Below are positions 1 to 9,051 of a stretch of 64,000 nucleotides of DNA, one piece after another. Positions within the stretch are counted from its first letter, which is position 1; each line of letters starts with the position of its first letter. The position numbers and the translations under genes were made by a program. Where the stretch lies: positions 67,560 to 131,559 of the forward strand of contig DATMNC010000011.1 in assembly GCA_035569395.1 (NCBI GenBank), written 5' to 3'. The stretch comes from Thermoanaerobaculia bacterium (lineage in GTDB: Bacteria; Acidobacteriota; Thermoanaerobaculia; Gp7-AA8). The notes under the pieces are model-generated. The model was given only the letters and a program-made list of their open reading frames with translations, searched no databases and had not been told where the DNA came from.

Positions 1-271
1 GCGAGACCGCGCTCCGGCGCACGCCGGCAAAGTTGATGAGTTTGAAACTGAGCTGATATGGGCCATCCGCGACGGTGAGGCCGTAGTGTCCCAGCCGGTC
101 CGTTATGGAGACCACCGGCTTCTGGCCGGATGCGGCCACTTCGACAGTCACGCCAGGCAACGGCTGGCCGGTGGTGTCACGCACCGTCCCCTGCATGACG
201 CCGGCGAAGGCGGAGCCGGCGATCATGAACGGAAGAGCGGCAAGCAGGTGGCGAACGCGATGGCCAGTCAT
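1..271 (-). CDS. TonB-dependent receptor-like protein, N-terminal portion (signal peptide + carboxypeptidase-regulatory-like domain); gene continues beyond window start
   Basis: Reverse translation from ATG (rc of 269-271) gives MTGHRVRHLLAALPFMIAGSAFAGVMQGTVRDTTGQPLPGVTVEVAASGQKPVVSITDRLGHYGLTVADGPYQLSFKL. This is a signal peptide followed by the QGTVxDxxGxPLPGVTV pattern typical of CarboxypepD_reg domains heading TonB-dependent receptors. There is no stop before the window edge, so it is absent from the ORF track. Confidence 0.55.
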   Translation of the reverse strand, partial: MTGHRVRHLLAALPFMIAGSAFAGVMQGTVRDTTGQPLPGVTVEVAASGQKPVVSITDRLGHYGLTVADGPYQLSFKLINFAGVRRSAVS

Positions 272-399
272 GAGTTCTTTCGGAGAGCGCGAGCACGTTG
301 AATACGCGCGCGGTGGGGAGTTCGGATTCAGGCAGGTTCATTCGAATGACGCCCGGGCCGCGTTTTGCTGGCCGCGTTTGACAAAACCGCTTCCGACGC

Positions 400-475
400 C
401 TACAGTCGCTTCTCGCTGGATTGATTTGGGGTCGCTTGCAACCAGGGTAAAAAAAGCTAAATAGCCGGCAAGTTC
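400..475 (+). promoter_or_regulatory. possible cis-regulatory RNA leader (SAM-II/SAM-V-like?) upstream of the methionine-cycle gene
   Basis: Segment GAUUUGGGGUCGCUUGCAACCAGGGUAAAAAAAGCUAAAUAGCCGGCAAG has a GCUUGC...GCAAG stem and an A-rich loop ending in AAAGCUAAA, reminiscent of SAM-II-class aptamers. It lies in the 5' leader of a homocysteine methyltransferase/MTHFR gene and is followed by an intrinsic-terminator hairpin. Weak and unverified. Confidence 0.2.
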
Positions 476-493
476 GAATTCGTTCTTCGATTT

Positions 494-529
494 GGCCCCA
501 CGTCGAATCCGGCGTGGGGCTTTTTGTTT
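494..529 (+). terminator. intrinsic terminator-like hairpin + U-run in 5' leader (possible attenuator)
   Basis: Stem CCCCACG (497-503) / CGTGGGG (513-519) with a 9-nt loop, followed by TTTTTGTTT (521-529). It sits between divergent gene starts at 271 and 619, so it is in a leader, not at a gene end. Confidence 0.45.
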
Positions 530-618
530 GCGGTTACGGGGTTGCGCGGTCTCGCGGTTACGGAGTCCCGCCCACCCCTGCCGCGAGACTTCGAGACCGC
601 GTAACCGCGAGACCGCGC
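530..618. repeat. palindromic repeat element, family 1 (terminal motif GGTTGCGCGGTCTCGCGGT / ACCGCGAGACCGCGCAACC), copy a
   Basis: Left arm gcggttacggggttgcgcggtctcgcggttacgg, right arm ccgcgagacttcgagaccgcgtaaccgcgagaccgcgc. It abuts the ATG at 619. The same arms recur at 13790, 24152, 43220 and 54378. Confidence 0.8.
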
Positions 619-2484
619 ATGCAAGACTTCATACAGGCAATCGCAGACGAGCACGTCTACCTCTTCGACGGCGCGATGGGTACGATGCTCTATGCCAAGG
701 GTGTCTTCATCAACAAGTGTTACGACGAGCTGAATCTCCGTAATCCGGAGATCGTGCTCGAGGTGCACAAACAGTACGTCCACGCCGGCGCCGAGATCAT
801 CGAGACCAACACCTACGGCGCGAACCGCGTGAAGCTGCGCAGCTTCGGCATCGAAGACGATCTGCGCCATATCAATGGGCGCGGGGCGGCATTGGCGCGC
901 GAAGCGGCCGGCAACGGCGTCTATGTCGCCGGCGCCATCGGTCCGCTCGGCATCCGCATCGAACCGTACGGCCCAACCGCACTCGACGAGGCGCGCGAAT
1001 TCTTCCGCGAGCAGGTAGCCGCGCTCCGCGATGGCGGCGTCGATCTCTTCGTGCTGGAGACGATGTCCAACATCGCCGAGATCGAGCAGGGCATCCTGGC
1101 CATCCGCGACATCTGCTCGCTGCCGATCATCGCCCAGATGACCATCGGCAACGACAGCCGGACGATCTACGGCGACAGGCCGCGGACGATCGCCCAGCGG
1201 CTCGACCTCGCCGGCGCCGACGTCATCGGTCTCAATTGCTCGGTCGGTCCCGACGTCATGCTCGACGCCATCGAGGAGATCACCGCCGTCACCGCGAAGA
1301 AGATCTCCGCCCAGCCCAATGCCGGTCTACCGCGCGAAGTGAACGGGCGCCAGATGTACATGGCCTCACCCGACTACATGGCCAAATACGCCAAGCGGCT
1401 CATCCACAAAGGAGTGAAATTTCTGGGTGGCTGCTGCGGCACGACGCCCGACCACATCAAGATCATGGCCGACGCCGTGCGGCCGCTCTCGCCGCGACGT
1501 TCCTTCGTCGTCGTCGAGCGCGATGCAAACGTCAAGGGAAGCGACGCCAAAGAAGCCGTGCCGATGGCGGCGCGCTCCAATTGGGGAAGGAAGATCGCCG
1601 CCGGCGAGTTCGTGACCACGATCGAGATCACGCCGCCGAAAGGCCCGAATCCCGACAAGATGATCGAGTCCGTGCGCTCGATCAAAGCGGCCGGCGTCGA
1701 CGCGGTGAACGTCCCCGATGGTCCTCGCGCCCAGAACCGGATGGGAGCGATTGCGGTGGCCGTCCTGCTGCAACAGCGCGTCGGCATCGAGACCGTCCTC
1801 CACTACTGCTGCCGCGACCGCAATCTCCTCGGAATGCACTCCGATCTTCTCGGCTGTGCCGCACTCGGTCTGCGCAACCTGCTGCTCATCACCGGCGATC
1901 CTCCGAAGATGGGGCCGTACCCCGACGCCACCGCGGTGTTCGACATCGACTCCATCGGCCTGACGAACATGGCCAACCTGATGAATCACGGTCTCGACCT
2001 CGGCGGCAACCCTTTCGGCGAGCCGACGAAGTTCACCATCGGCGTCGGCGTCAATCCCGGCCACCTCGACCTCGACTACGAGCTCCGCCGTCTCGAATGG
2101 AAAGTGAAGGCGGGCGCCGAGTACGCCATCACACAGCCCGTTTTCGATGTCGCCGTGCTGGAACGTTTTCTCAGCCAGATCGAGCACATGCGCCTCCCCG
2201 TCGTCGCCGGAATCTGGCCGTTGCTCTCGTACCGCAACGCCCAGTTCATGAACAACGAGGTCCCCGGTGTCTCCGTCACCGACGAGGTGATGGAACGGAT
2301 GCGCATCGCCAGCGACAAGAGCAAGGAAGACGGCCTCCGCGAAGGCATCGCCATCGCCCGCGAGACGCTGGAGCGCGTCCGCGGCCGTGTGGCCGGCGTG
2401 CAGGTGTCGGCACCACTAGGGAGGGTCGATCTGGCGCTGCAGGTGTTCGAGGGGTTGGTCGAGCAGCGGGCGATCGTGTCCTGA
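619..2484 (+). CDS. bifunctional homocysteine S-methyltransferase / 5,10-methylenetetrahydrofolate reductase (YitJ-like)
   Basis: The N-terminal half MQDFIQAIADEHVYLFDGAMGTMLY...GAEIIETNTYGAN...LNCSVGP...GGCCGTTPDHI matches the Hcy S-methyltransferase (pterin-independent MetH-like) domain. The C-terminal half PKGPNPDKMIESVRSIKAAGVDAVNVPDGPRA...LHYCCRDRN...LLLITGDPP matches MTHFR. Start chosen at ATG 619, same frame as track ORF 514..2484. Confidence 0.85.
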   Translation: MQDFIQAIADEHVYLFDGAMGTMLYAKGVFINKCYDELNLRNPEIVLEVHKQYVHAGAEIIETNTYGANRVKLRSFGIEDDLRHINGRGAALAREAAGNGVYVAGAIGPLGIRIEPYGPTALDEAREFFREQVAALRDGGVDLFVLETMSNIAEIEQGILAIRDICSLPIIAQMTIGNDSRTIYGDRPRTIAQRLDLAGADVIGLNCSVGPDVMLDAIEEITAVTAKKISAQPNAGLPREVNGRQMYMASPDYMAKYAKRLIHKGVKFLGGCCGTTPDHIKIMADAVRPLSPRRSFVVVERDANVKGSDAKEAVPMAARSNWGRKIAAGEFVTTIEITPPKGPNPDKMIESVRSIKAAGVDAVNVPDGPRAQNRMGAIAVAVLLQQRVGIETVLHYCCRDRNLLGMHSDLLGCAALGLRNLLLITGDPPKMGPYPDATAVFDIDSIGLTNMANLMNHGLDLGGNPFGEPTKFTIGVGVNPGHLDLDYELRRLEWKVKAGAEYAITQPVFDVAVLERFLSQIEHMRLPVVAGIWPLLSYRNAQFMNNEVPGVSVTDEVMERMRIASDKSKEDGLREGIAIARETLERVRGRVAGVQVSAPLGRVDLALQVFEGLVEQRAIVS

Positions 2485-2616
2485 ACGCGATTCGGCGCCG
2501 ATTTCAGGGTCGATTTGTCCACTTTCTCTGCGATTTCGAAGCATTCGGCGCGACCGATGCCCACTTTGATTGGTAGCGACCGTTTTCGGTGAGGTTGCTC
2601 AACCCACCACTCGAGG

Positions 2617-2742
2617 TTTGATGACCGCTCGGGTCCGGTCAACGACCGCTCGGGTGAGGTCAACGAAGGCCCGGGTCCGGTCAACGAACGCTCGCTTGAG
2701 GTTGATGAACGCTCCGTTGAGGTTAACGAACCTGACCGCGCA
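2617..2742. repeat. tandem repeat array, ~6 degenerate copies of a 21-bp unit (gtcaacgaNcgctcgNNtgag)
   Basis: Units read gtttgatgaccgctcgggtccg / gtcaacgaccgctcgggtgag / gtcaacgaaggcccgggtccg / gtcaacgaacgctcgcttgag / gttgatgaacgctccgttgag / gttaacgaacctgaccgcg. The array lies in the convergent gap between the gene ends at 2484 (+) and 2904 (-). Confidence 0.8.
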
Positions 2743-2903
2743 GTGTGCAACGGCGAGGAAGCGAATATTGCGTTAAGCTTCCGCCTCTTCATTCACCATT
2801 CAACACTGAACATTCAACATGCGACATTCCGATTTTGACCTAATCACTCTCTTCCGGCCGCACCTGCTGCTGCACCACCTTCTGCAGAGCCCCGTCCGGT
2901 GTT

Positions 2904-3353
2904 CTAGTTGCCTCCGGCCGGCCCAATGTTCTGGACGACCACTGTCTGAAACTTCCTCGACCCTGCCTCGAACTCCAGCATTCCCCGCACCGTCACCGGA
3001 CCGTTCGTGCCCGCCACCGTCTGTATGGAGACGTACGCCGGCGCCCAGAAGGCAACGCTCTTCGTCTCGCCCGGCCCGATGGTTTCATTGAATCCCTGGG
3101 AGTGCGACGGCAGTGTGTACGAGCCGCCGCCGATCGACTGCACGGTTACCCGCCGAAGTTGCAACGGCTCGCTCAGCGTGTTCTTCACCTCGACCGCGTA
3201 GTGCGCCGTGACCGGGCCGGTGTCGTACTGAGTCCCTTCCGCCACGCGCGAAAGCTGGATGAGCGTTACGTCCGGCTCCGGGCCGGACGGGGCGCCGCTG
3301 GAGGCGCAGCCGAGAGCGAGAAGAAGCACGGCCAACATCGAAACAGTACGCAT
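2904..3353 (-). CDS. hypothetical lipoprotein
   Basis: MRTVSMLAVLLLALGCASS has a signal peptide with an LALGC lipobox; no recognisable domain. Start chosen at the Met that gives a plausible signal peptide (track ORF extends to 3374). Confidence 0.6.
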   Translation of the reverse strand: MRTVSMLAVLLLALGCASSGAPSGPEPDVTLIQLSRVAEGTQYDTGPVTAHYAVEVKNTLSEPLQLRRVTVQSIGGGSYTLPSHSQGFNETIGPGETKSVAFWAPAYVSIQTVAGTNGPVTVRGMLEFEAGSRKFQTVVVQNIGPAGGN

Positions 3354-3430
3354 GATGACGTCCTCCCAAAACATGACGGGGAGCGTTTCCGCCCCCCGTC
3401 AGCTTGCCACAGTCGATCCGTGAAGTTGTT

Positions 3431-4363
3431 TCACTTCACGTAATTCAGCATCTCTTTCGCCGTGGCGGCGTCTTTGCCGTTCGGCTCGAGCTCCAGGTAC
3501 TTCTGCAGGTTCGTCTTCGCGTCGGCGTTCTTCTGCGTCCTTACATAGAGCATGCCCAGCTCGTAATAGGCCGGCGCGAATTTGTCGTTCGCCGCGATTG
3601 CGCTCTTCAGCAGCGGCTCGGCCTCGGCGTCTTTGCCGCTGTTGATGAGGTGGGCGGCCTCGTTGAACATCGACGCGGCGTCGGCCGGCAGCTTCTTCCG
3701 GTACTCCGCCGCCTTCGCTTTGTCGCCCTTGGCGGTGTAGGCCTCGGTGAGAACAGAGAACAGATCCTGGTTGTCGTTGTCGACCTCGAGCGCCTTGTTC
3801 GCGCGCTCGATGGCCTTGTCGTAGTTCTTGTTGCGGAGATACAGGTGGGCGAGCGCCTCATAGGCAGCGGTGAGGTCGGGCTTGGCGGTGACCGCCTCCT
3901 CGAGCTTGGCGATCGCTTCCGGAACCTTTCCGGCGTTGGCGAGCTCCGCCCCTTCGTTGTAAGCGGCCACGGCCGGATCTGCCTTGGCCGCGGCCGGCGC
4001 GGCGGCGGCCTGCGTCGTACCCGAGCCCGGGGCCATCGTCACGTCTTTCGTGTTGATGTCGCCGAGCGTGAGCTTCATCGTCTGCTCGACGTTTGCGTAA
4101 CCTGCCGCTTTGTAGGTGAACTTGTACGACAGAGTGCCGTCGAGAACGAGGAAGCGATAGACGCCGTCCTTGTCGGCTTTGTACTCGTTGTGGACGGTGT
4201 GCCCTGTCACGGCATCGACGATGATCTCGGCGAACGGAATCGGTTTGTGGGTTGCCGCATCGGTGATCTTTCCCTGTATCCGGGCCTCACCAAGAGCGAA
4301 CGCGTTACCGGCCACGACCATGAGTGCCAGCACGCAAACCGCGAGAGTCTTACGCATGTGCAT
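3431..4363 (-). CDS. TPR-repeat protein with N-terminal signal peptide and carboxypeptidase-regulatory-like domain
   Basis: Signal peptide MHMRKTLAVCVLALMVVAGNAFA, then RIQGKITDAATHKPIPFAEIIV (CarboxypepD_reg-like), then repeated A-x-x-Y/L TPR-like helices (AAYNEGAELANAGKVPEAIAKLEEA, AYYELGMLYVRTQKNADAKTNLQKYLELEP). Confidence 0.65.
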   Translation of the reverse strand: MHMRKTLAVCVLALMVVAGNAFALGEARIQGKITDAATHKPIPFAEIIVDAVTGHTVHNEYKADKDGVYRFLVLDGTLSYKFTYKAAGYANVEQTMKLTLGDINTKDVTMAPGSGTTQAAAAPAAAKADPAVAAYNEGAELANAGKVPEAIAKLEEAVTAKPDLTAAYEALAHLYLRNKNYDKAIERANKALEVDNDNQDLFSVLTEAYTAKGDKAKAAEYRKKLPADAASMFNEAAHLINSGKDAEAEPLLKSAIAANDKFAPAYYELGMLYVRTQKNADAKTNLQKYLELEPNGKDAATAKEMLNYVK

Positions 4364-4446
4364 CTCCTATTGCTTGAATGTTCGTCGGAAGTTAACGCCC
4401 CCTCGGAAGTACCCATTCCGAAAGGAGGCTCCTACGATATTCCGGA

Positions 4447-6123
4447 TCATCGGGCGTTCCGGTACACCACGTCGCCGCCGACCACCGTATAGCGCACCTT
4501 GGTGGCAAAAAGCTGTGATTGCGGCGCCTTGTACAGGTCGCCTTCGACGATAGTGAGGTCGGCCAGCTTGCCCGGCTCAATCGCCCCTCGGGACGATTCC
4601 TCAAAGGCGGCGTAGGCGGCGTCCGAAGTGAAACCGCGGATCGCTTCCGCCAGCGTGAGCTTCTGATCGGGATACCAGCCGCCGGGAGGATTGCCTTGCT
4701 GGTCCTGCCGGGTCACGGCGCTGTAGAGCCCGAAGAAGGGGTTGACGTCCTCGACCGGAAAATCGGAGCCGAGGGCCAGGCGGGCTCCGGAGTTGAGCAC
4801 CGTCCGCCACGCGTACGCGCCTTTGATCCTCTCGGGACCGACGCGGGCTTCAGCCCACGGCATGTCGGACGTCGCATGCGTCGGCTGCATCGAGGCGATG
4901 ATGCCGTGCTTTGCCAGGCGGGAAAAATCGGACGGCGCGACGATCTGAAAGTGTTCGATGCGGAACCGGTCCGCGGGCGTCGCGCCTGCCTGCTCGTAGG
5001 CGTCGATCACATTGCGCACGCCGCGGTCCCCGATGGCGTGGGTATTGGCCTGATACCCTGCCGCGCGCGCGCGTTTCGCCACGGCCAGCATGTGCTCCTC
5101 CTTGCTGACGAGGAGTCCGGTGTTCGACGGATCATCGCTGTAGGGGGCGAGCATCGCCGCGCCGCGGCTGCCGAGGGCACCGTCGGCATACATCTTCACG
5201 GAGCGAACCGTCAGATGGCCGCCGTAGCCGATGAGCGGCTTGCGCGTCAGCCACGAATCGAGCAGCGCCGGGTCGTCAGTCAGCATCACATAAACGCGGA
5301 TCGGGAACTTGCGCTCGTCGATGAGCTGCTGAATGGCCGTGATGGTGGCCTGCTCCGCGCCGGCGTCGTGCATCTCGGTCAGACCGTTTTCGGCGATCTT
5401 CTGCGCCGCGGCCAGAACCCGCGCCTTGCGCAATTCGGCGGACGGCGCCGGCACCTTCGAATCGATCAGGTGCTGCGCGCCGTCGATGAAAACGCCGGTC
5501 GGGTTGCCTTTTCTGTCGCGCAGGATCCGGCCACCTTCGGGATCAGGCGTTGCCGCCGTGACTCCCGCCGCGCGCATGGCCGCACTATTGGCGACGCCGG
5601 CGTGCCCGTCGACGCGGCGCACCCAGACAGGGTGATCGGCGATGACGGCATCGAGCGGCGCCGCCGTCGGAAACTGCTTGTCCGGCCAGCGGTTCTGATC
5701 CCAGCCACGGCCGATGATCCACTCCCCCGGCGCGGCGCGCTGGGCGCGCTCGCGGACCTTGTCCACCACTTCCTGGAACGACGCCGCACCGACGACGTTC
5801 ACCGTATCGAGCGAGAGCCCCAGCCCGTACAGATGTCCGTGCGCGTCGGTCAGGCCCGGCATCACCGTCGTGCCATGGACGTCGACCACGCGCGCATCCG
5901 GATGCGCGGCCCGCATCGCATCCGCCGGCCCGACGGCGACGATCAGCCCGTTCGCCACGACGACGGACCAATTCGTCTGCGGCGTCTGGCTGGGCCCGGC
6001 AAGCACCGTCCCCCCCGCGTAAATGACCTCGGGGACAGAAGCAGCTTCCCGTTTCGTGTTCGGCATCGTGCAGGCGGTAAAGGCGAGGAAGAGTAGTACA
6101 GCCGCGCGTCTCTCGATCGTCAT
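4447..6123 (-). CDS. amidohydrolase family protein (Amidohydro_3-type metal-dependent hydrolase), secreted/lipoprotein
   Basis: N-terminal signal with LAFTAC; motifs VMPGLTDAHGHL, HAIGDRG and ASMQPTHATSDMPW are characteristic of amidohydrolase 3 family enzymes. Confidence 0.75.
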   Translation of the reverse strand: MTIERRAAVLLFLAFTACTMPNTKREAASVPEVIYAGGTVLAGPSQTPQTNWSVVVANGLIVAVGPADAMRAAHPDARVVDVHGTTVMPGLTDAHGHLYGLGLSLDTVNVVGAASFQEVVDKVRERAQRAAPGEWIIGRGWDQNRWPDKQFPTAAPLDAVIADHPVWVRRVDGHAGVANSAAMRAAGVTAATPDPEGGRILRDRKGNPTGVFIDGAQHLIDSKVPAPSAELRKARVLAAAQKIAENGLTEMHDAGAEQATITAIQQLIDERKFPIRVYVMLTDDPALLDSWLTRKPLIGYGGHLTVRSVKMYADGALGSRGAAMLAPYSDDPSNTGLLVSKEEHMLAVAKRARAAGYQANTHAIGDRGVRNVIDAYEQAGATPADRFRIEHFQIVAPSDFSRLAKHGIIASMQPTHATSDMPWAEARVGPERIKGAYAWRTVLNSGARLALGSDFPVEDVNPFFGLYSAVTRQDQQGNPPGGWYPDQKLTLAEAIRGFTSDAAYAAFEESSRGAIEPGKLADLTIVEGDLYKAPQSQLFATKVRYTVVGGDVVYRNAR

Positions 6124-6256
6124 GAAGCGAATCGTATCGGAATGTCCGCCGACGATACCCGACTTTCCAAACCTGCGGCCCTTTCTTCGTTTCGGCTACG
6201 CCGGGGTATGGAAAAGCCCGTGGTCGCGGCCGTCCCTTCCTTTTGAGGTGAGCGTC

Positions 6257-8056
6257 ATGCCGATCAAACACGTCGTCGTAGTTATGCTCGAGAACCGTTC
6301 GTACGACAATGTCCTGGGGTGGCTGTACAATCCGTCCAACGCCGCGCCGTACAACGAGCCGCCAGCGGGGCAGGCGCTGCTGAACGGGCTTACAGGACAC
6401 GAGTCGAATCCGAATCCCGCTTACGATCCGAACCAGCCTGTCTCGCCCACGAACGAGCCCACCATCCCGGTCCAGAACCTCGGCCCGACGACGTACGGCG
6501 GACGGCCATATCCGGCGACATGCATCCCCATCGACGATCCGGGCGAGTACTTCGATGACATAGCACAGCAGATCACCAGCTCATCCGAGCTGCCCACATC
6601 GAATCCGTACGGCACGTACGTGCCGGGCACTGCGGGGCTGATGCAGGGATTCACGACCAACTATGCGAACCTCGACGGCACAGGGCAGCAGCCTCCGCCA
6701 ACGGCCACGGGAGTCATGAACTACTTCACTCCGGCACAAGTGCCGGTGACGGCGTTCCTGGCCCGCAACTACGCCGTGTGCGACGCATGGTTCGCGTCCG
6801 TGCCCGCGCAGACGTTCACCAACCGCGCGTTCGCTCTCACCGCCGCGCCGGGCGTCCACAAGACCTTGTTTAGCAATTTCAGCCTCGTCGACGACTCCCA
6901 GTGGGGCGATTCGCTGACGGACATGACCTCGCTTCTTTGGGTGCTCGATCAGGTCAAGCCGCCGCCCCCCGATCCGCAATGGAAGGTGTACTTTCACGAC
7001 TATTCGATCGCTTGCATGACCGTCCCGTACATCCAGCAGCAGGGGACGAAGGAAGTCAACATCAACGTCTCCACATTCGACAATTCCGACTGGGGCAACA
7101 CGATCCCGGCGCAATTGAATAGTGGCCCGCTGCCGCCGACGTTCGTCTCCGACGCGACAAGCGGCACTCTGCCGCGGTTCGCGTTTCTCGAGCCGCGCTA
7201 CGGCACGTACAACACGCCGCCGTTTGTCACGGCGCCACCAACGCAACTGCCCGCCAACAGCAATCATCCGGGCCCGGGCTACCGCCAAGCCAGCGTGTAC
7301 GCGCCACCGATCGACGTGGCGTCGGGGGAACTGTTTCTCCTTCAGGTCTACAACGCGCTCGTGTCGAACCAGACGCAGTGGGCGGAGACGCTGCTCATCG
7401 TGACGTACGACGAGCACGGAGGTCTCTTCGACCATGTCCACCCACCCCTGGCGACACCACCCGGTTCCGGCGTTCCGGAAGCGGCCTGCGACTCCGACTC
7501 GGCCGCGAACACTTTCAACTTCAACGTCTTCGGATGCCGCGTCCCGGCCATCATCATCTCGCCGTACATTGCGGCGGGATCGGCGTTCCCGCAGATGTTG
7601 ATCGTCAACGACGCGGCCGAGAACCCACCGGCGCACTTCGATCACACCTCAATCATCAAAACGGTGTGGGATATCTTCGGTCTCTCTTCCGTCCAAGCGT
7701 CGCTCACGGACCGCGATGCGAACGCCGCGAGCCTCGCGCCCGCTCTCGAGCCCGACCCGGTCAACACCACCGGTGCGTACACGGAGACGGTGATTTGCGC
7801 GCCATCGACGCTCGTCTACACCGCGGACGGCACGCAGATCGCGTGGGCGATGAGCGGCCCGACGGATACGCTCACGGCGTCGGTTGTGGGCGACACGCCG
7901 CCATGGCTGAGCATGACCTCCGCCGGAACTTGCTATCTGACCATCACCGTAACGGTGAGCAACCCGCCGAGCACTTCCCAGAGCGTAACCATCCAGGTCA
8001 CCTCGGCCAACGGCGCCACGGCGGGCACCGTGATCGTGAACTTCACCCCTCCGTGA
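6257..8056 (+). CDS. phosphoesterase family protein (phospholipase C / acid phosphatase AcpA-like)
   Basis: Starts MPIKHVVVVMLENRSYDNVLGWL, the hallmark N-terminus of the PF04185 phosphoesterase family. ATG at 6257 is in frame with track ORF 6023..8056. Confidence 0.75.
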   Translation: MPIKHVVVVMLENRSYDNVLGWLYNPSNAAPYNEPPAGQALLNGLTGHESNPNPAYDPNQPVSPTNEPTIPVQNLGPTTYGGRPYPATCIPIDDPGEYFDDIAQQITSSSELPTSNPYGTYVPGTAGLMQGFTTNYANLDGTGQQPPPTATGVMNYFTPAQVPVTAFLARNYAVCDAWFASVPAQTFTNRAFALTAAPGVHKTLFSNFSLVDDSQWGDSLTDMTSLLWVLDQVKPPPPDPQWKVYFHDYSIACMTVPYIQQQGTKEVNINVSTFDNSDWGNTIPAQLNSGPLPPTFVSDATSGTLPRFAFLEPRYGTYNTPPFVTAPPTQLPANSNHPGPGYRQASVYAPPIDVASGELFLLQVYNALVSNQTQWAETLLIVTYDEHGGLFDHVHPPLATPPGSGVPEAACDSDSAANTFNFNVFGCRVPAIIISPYIAAGSAFPQMLIVNDAAENPPAHFDHTSIIKTVWDIFGLSSVQASLTDRDANAASLAPALEPDPVNTTGAYTETVICAPSTLVYTADGTQIAWAMSGPTDTLTASVVGDTPPWLSMTSAGTCYLTITVTVSNPPSTSQSVTIQVTSANGATAGTVIVNFTPP

Positions 8057-8163
8057 TCGTCCGCCGAGGATGCTCCTCCGTGATCCGCAGCGACGCTGGA
8101 TCAGCACCATGGATCGCTATCGTTACCAGACGATCGGCCAGAGTTCTGCTGGGTGTGCGCTCC

Positions 8164-9051
8164 CTACCCCTCACCCCACTTCAACTTGGCGCGCAGCACG
8201 TCGAAGTAGCTCTTGTGAGGCGTCCGGATCAGCGTCACCGGGTTGGGGGATTTGTTGATGCAGACGGTGTCATTCTGGGCGATGGGAAGGCCTTCCTGGC
8301 CGTCGAGGGTGAGGAAAATCTCCTGGTTCGGGGTGGCGATGCCGATCTCGATGTCCAGCGTATCGGGCAGCACGACGGGGCGGTTGCTCAGCATGTGCGG
8401 GCAGATCGGGGTCAGCACGACCGCCCCCATCGTCGGATAGATGATCGGACCGCCGGCGGATAGGTTGTAGGCGGTCGAGCCGGTGGGGGTGGCGATGATC
8501 AGACCATCGGCACGGAACGAGGAAACGAATTCGCCGCCGACAGTTACGCGCATCTCGATGATGCGGGCCAGGGCGCTCTTGTTGATCGTGGCGTCGTTGA
8601 GCACGCGATAGATACGATGGTCGCGTCCCGGTCCGCGCACGGCGACTTCGAGGGCGACGCGCTCTTCGCTCTCGTAATTGCCGGCCAGCACGAGCTCGAT
8701 CACTTCGGGGAACTCCTCGACGCGCACTTCGGTGAGGAAGCCGAGCGTGCCCATGTTCACGCCGAGGATCGGTACGCTCTTCGGTGCGTTACGGGCCACC
8801 GAGAGCAGCGTTCCGTCGCCGCCGAAGGTGATGAGCAGATCGGAATGCTTTCCGAGGTCGCCCTTGGCCACACACTTGCCGCGGTCATTCAGTTTGTCGG
8901 CGGTGGCAAAGTCGAGGCAGACGCCGAAATCGCGCGCCCGAAGATCGGCGGCAGCCTTCGCGGCGAACTGCAGTGCGTCGTCCGAGGTGATCTTTGCGGA
9001 GATCCCGATCGTCTTCACGGCAGGGAGTTTACGCGATCGCTCTTCGCACAT
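8164..9051 (-). CDS. nadK: NAD(+) kinase
   Basis: GGDGTLL and NMGTLGFL motifs are present, with typical length. Confidence 0.85.
   Translation of the reverse strand: MCEERSRKLPAVKTIGISAKITSDDALQFAAKAAADLRARDFGVCLDFATADKLNDRGKCVAKGDLGKHSDLLITFGGDGTLLSVARNAPKSVPILGVNMGTLGFLTEVRVEEFPEVIELVLAGNYESEERVALEVAVRGPGRDHRIYRVLNDATINKSALARIIEMRVTVGGEFVSSFRADGLIIATPTGSTAYNLSAGGPIIYPTMGAVVLTPICPHMLSNRPVVLPDTLDIEIGIATPNQEIFLTLDGQEGLPIAQNDTVCINKSPNPVTLIRTPHKSYFDVLRAKLKWGEG

Noticed and set aside
1-12. Family-1 arm motif GCGAGACCGCGC at the very start of the window inside the TonB-receptor CDS (possible second in-frame insertion)
   Set aside because: Only a 12-mer match, truncated by the window edge; it could be chance in GC-rich DNA and cannot be evaluated.
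105-464. ORF 105..464 (+) in the divergent promoter region
   Set aside because: It overlaps the TonB-receptor start on the other strand, has no motif, and the region is better explained as a leader/regulatory region.
1236-2576. Long alternative-frame and antisense ORFs inside real genes (e.g. 1236..2576, 4519..6096, 14776..16542, 17703..19202, 31317..32441, 38278..40368)
   Set aside because: Their Arg/Pro/Gly-rich low-complexity translations are typical of out-of-frame reading in high-GC DNA. Each overlaps a gene with clear conserved motifs in another frame.
2617-2742. Tandem repeats (2617-2742, 29133-29245, 43257-43320) as CRISPR arrays
   Set aside because: The repeats are directly adjacent with no unique spacers, the units are degenerate, and no cas genes are nearby.
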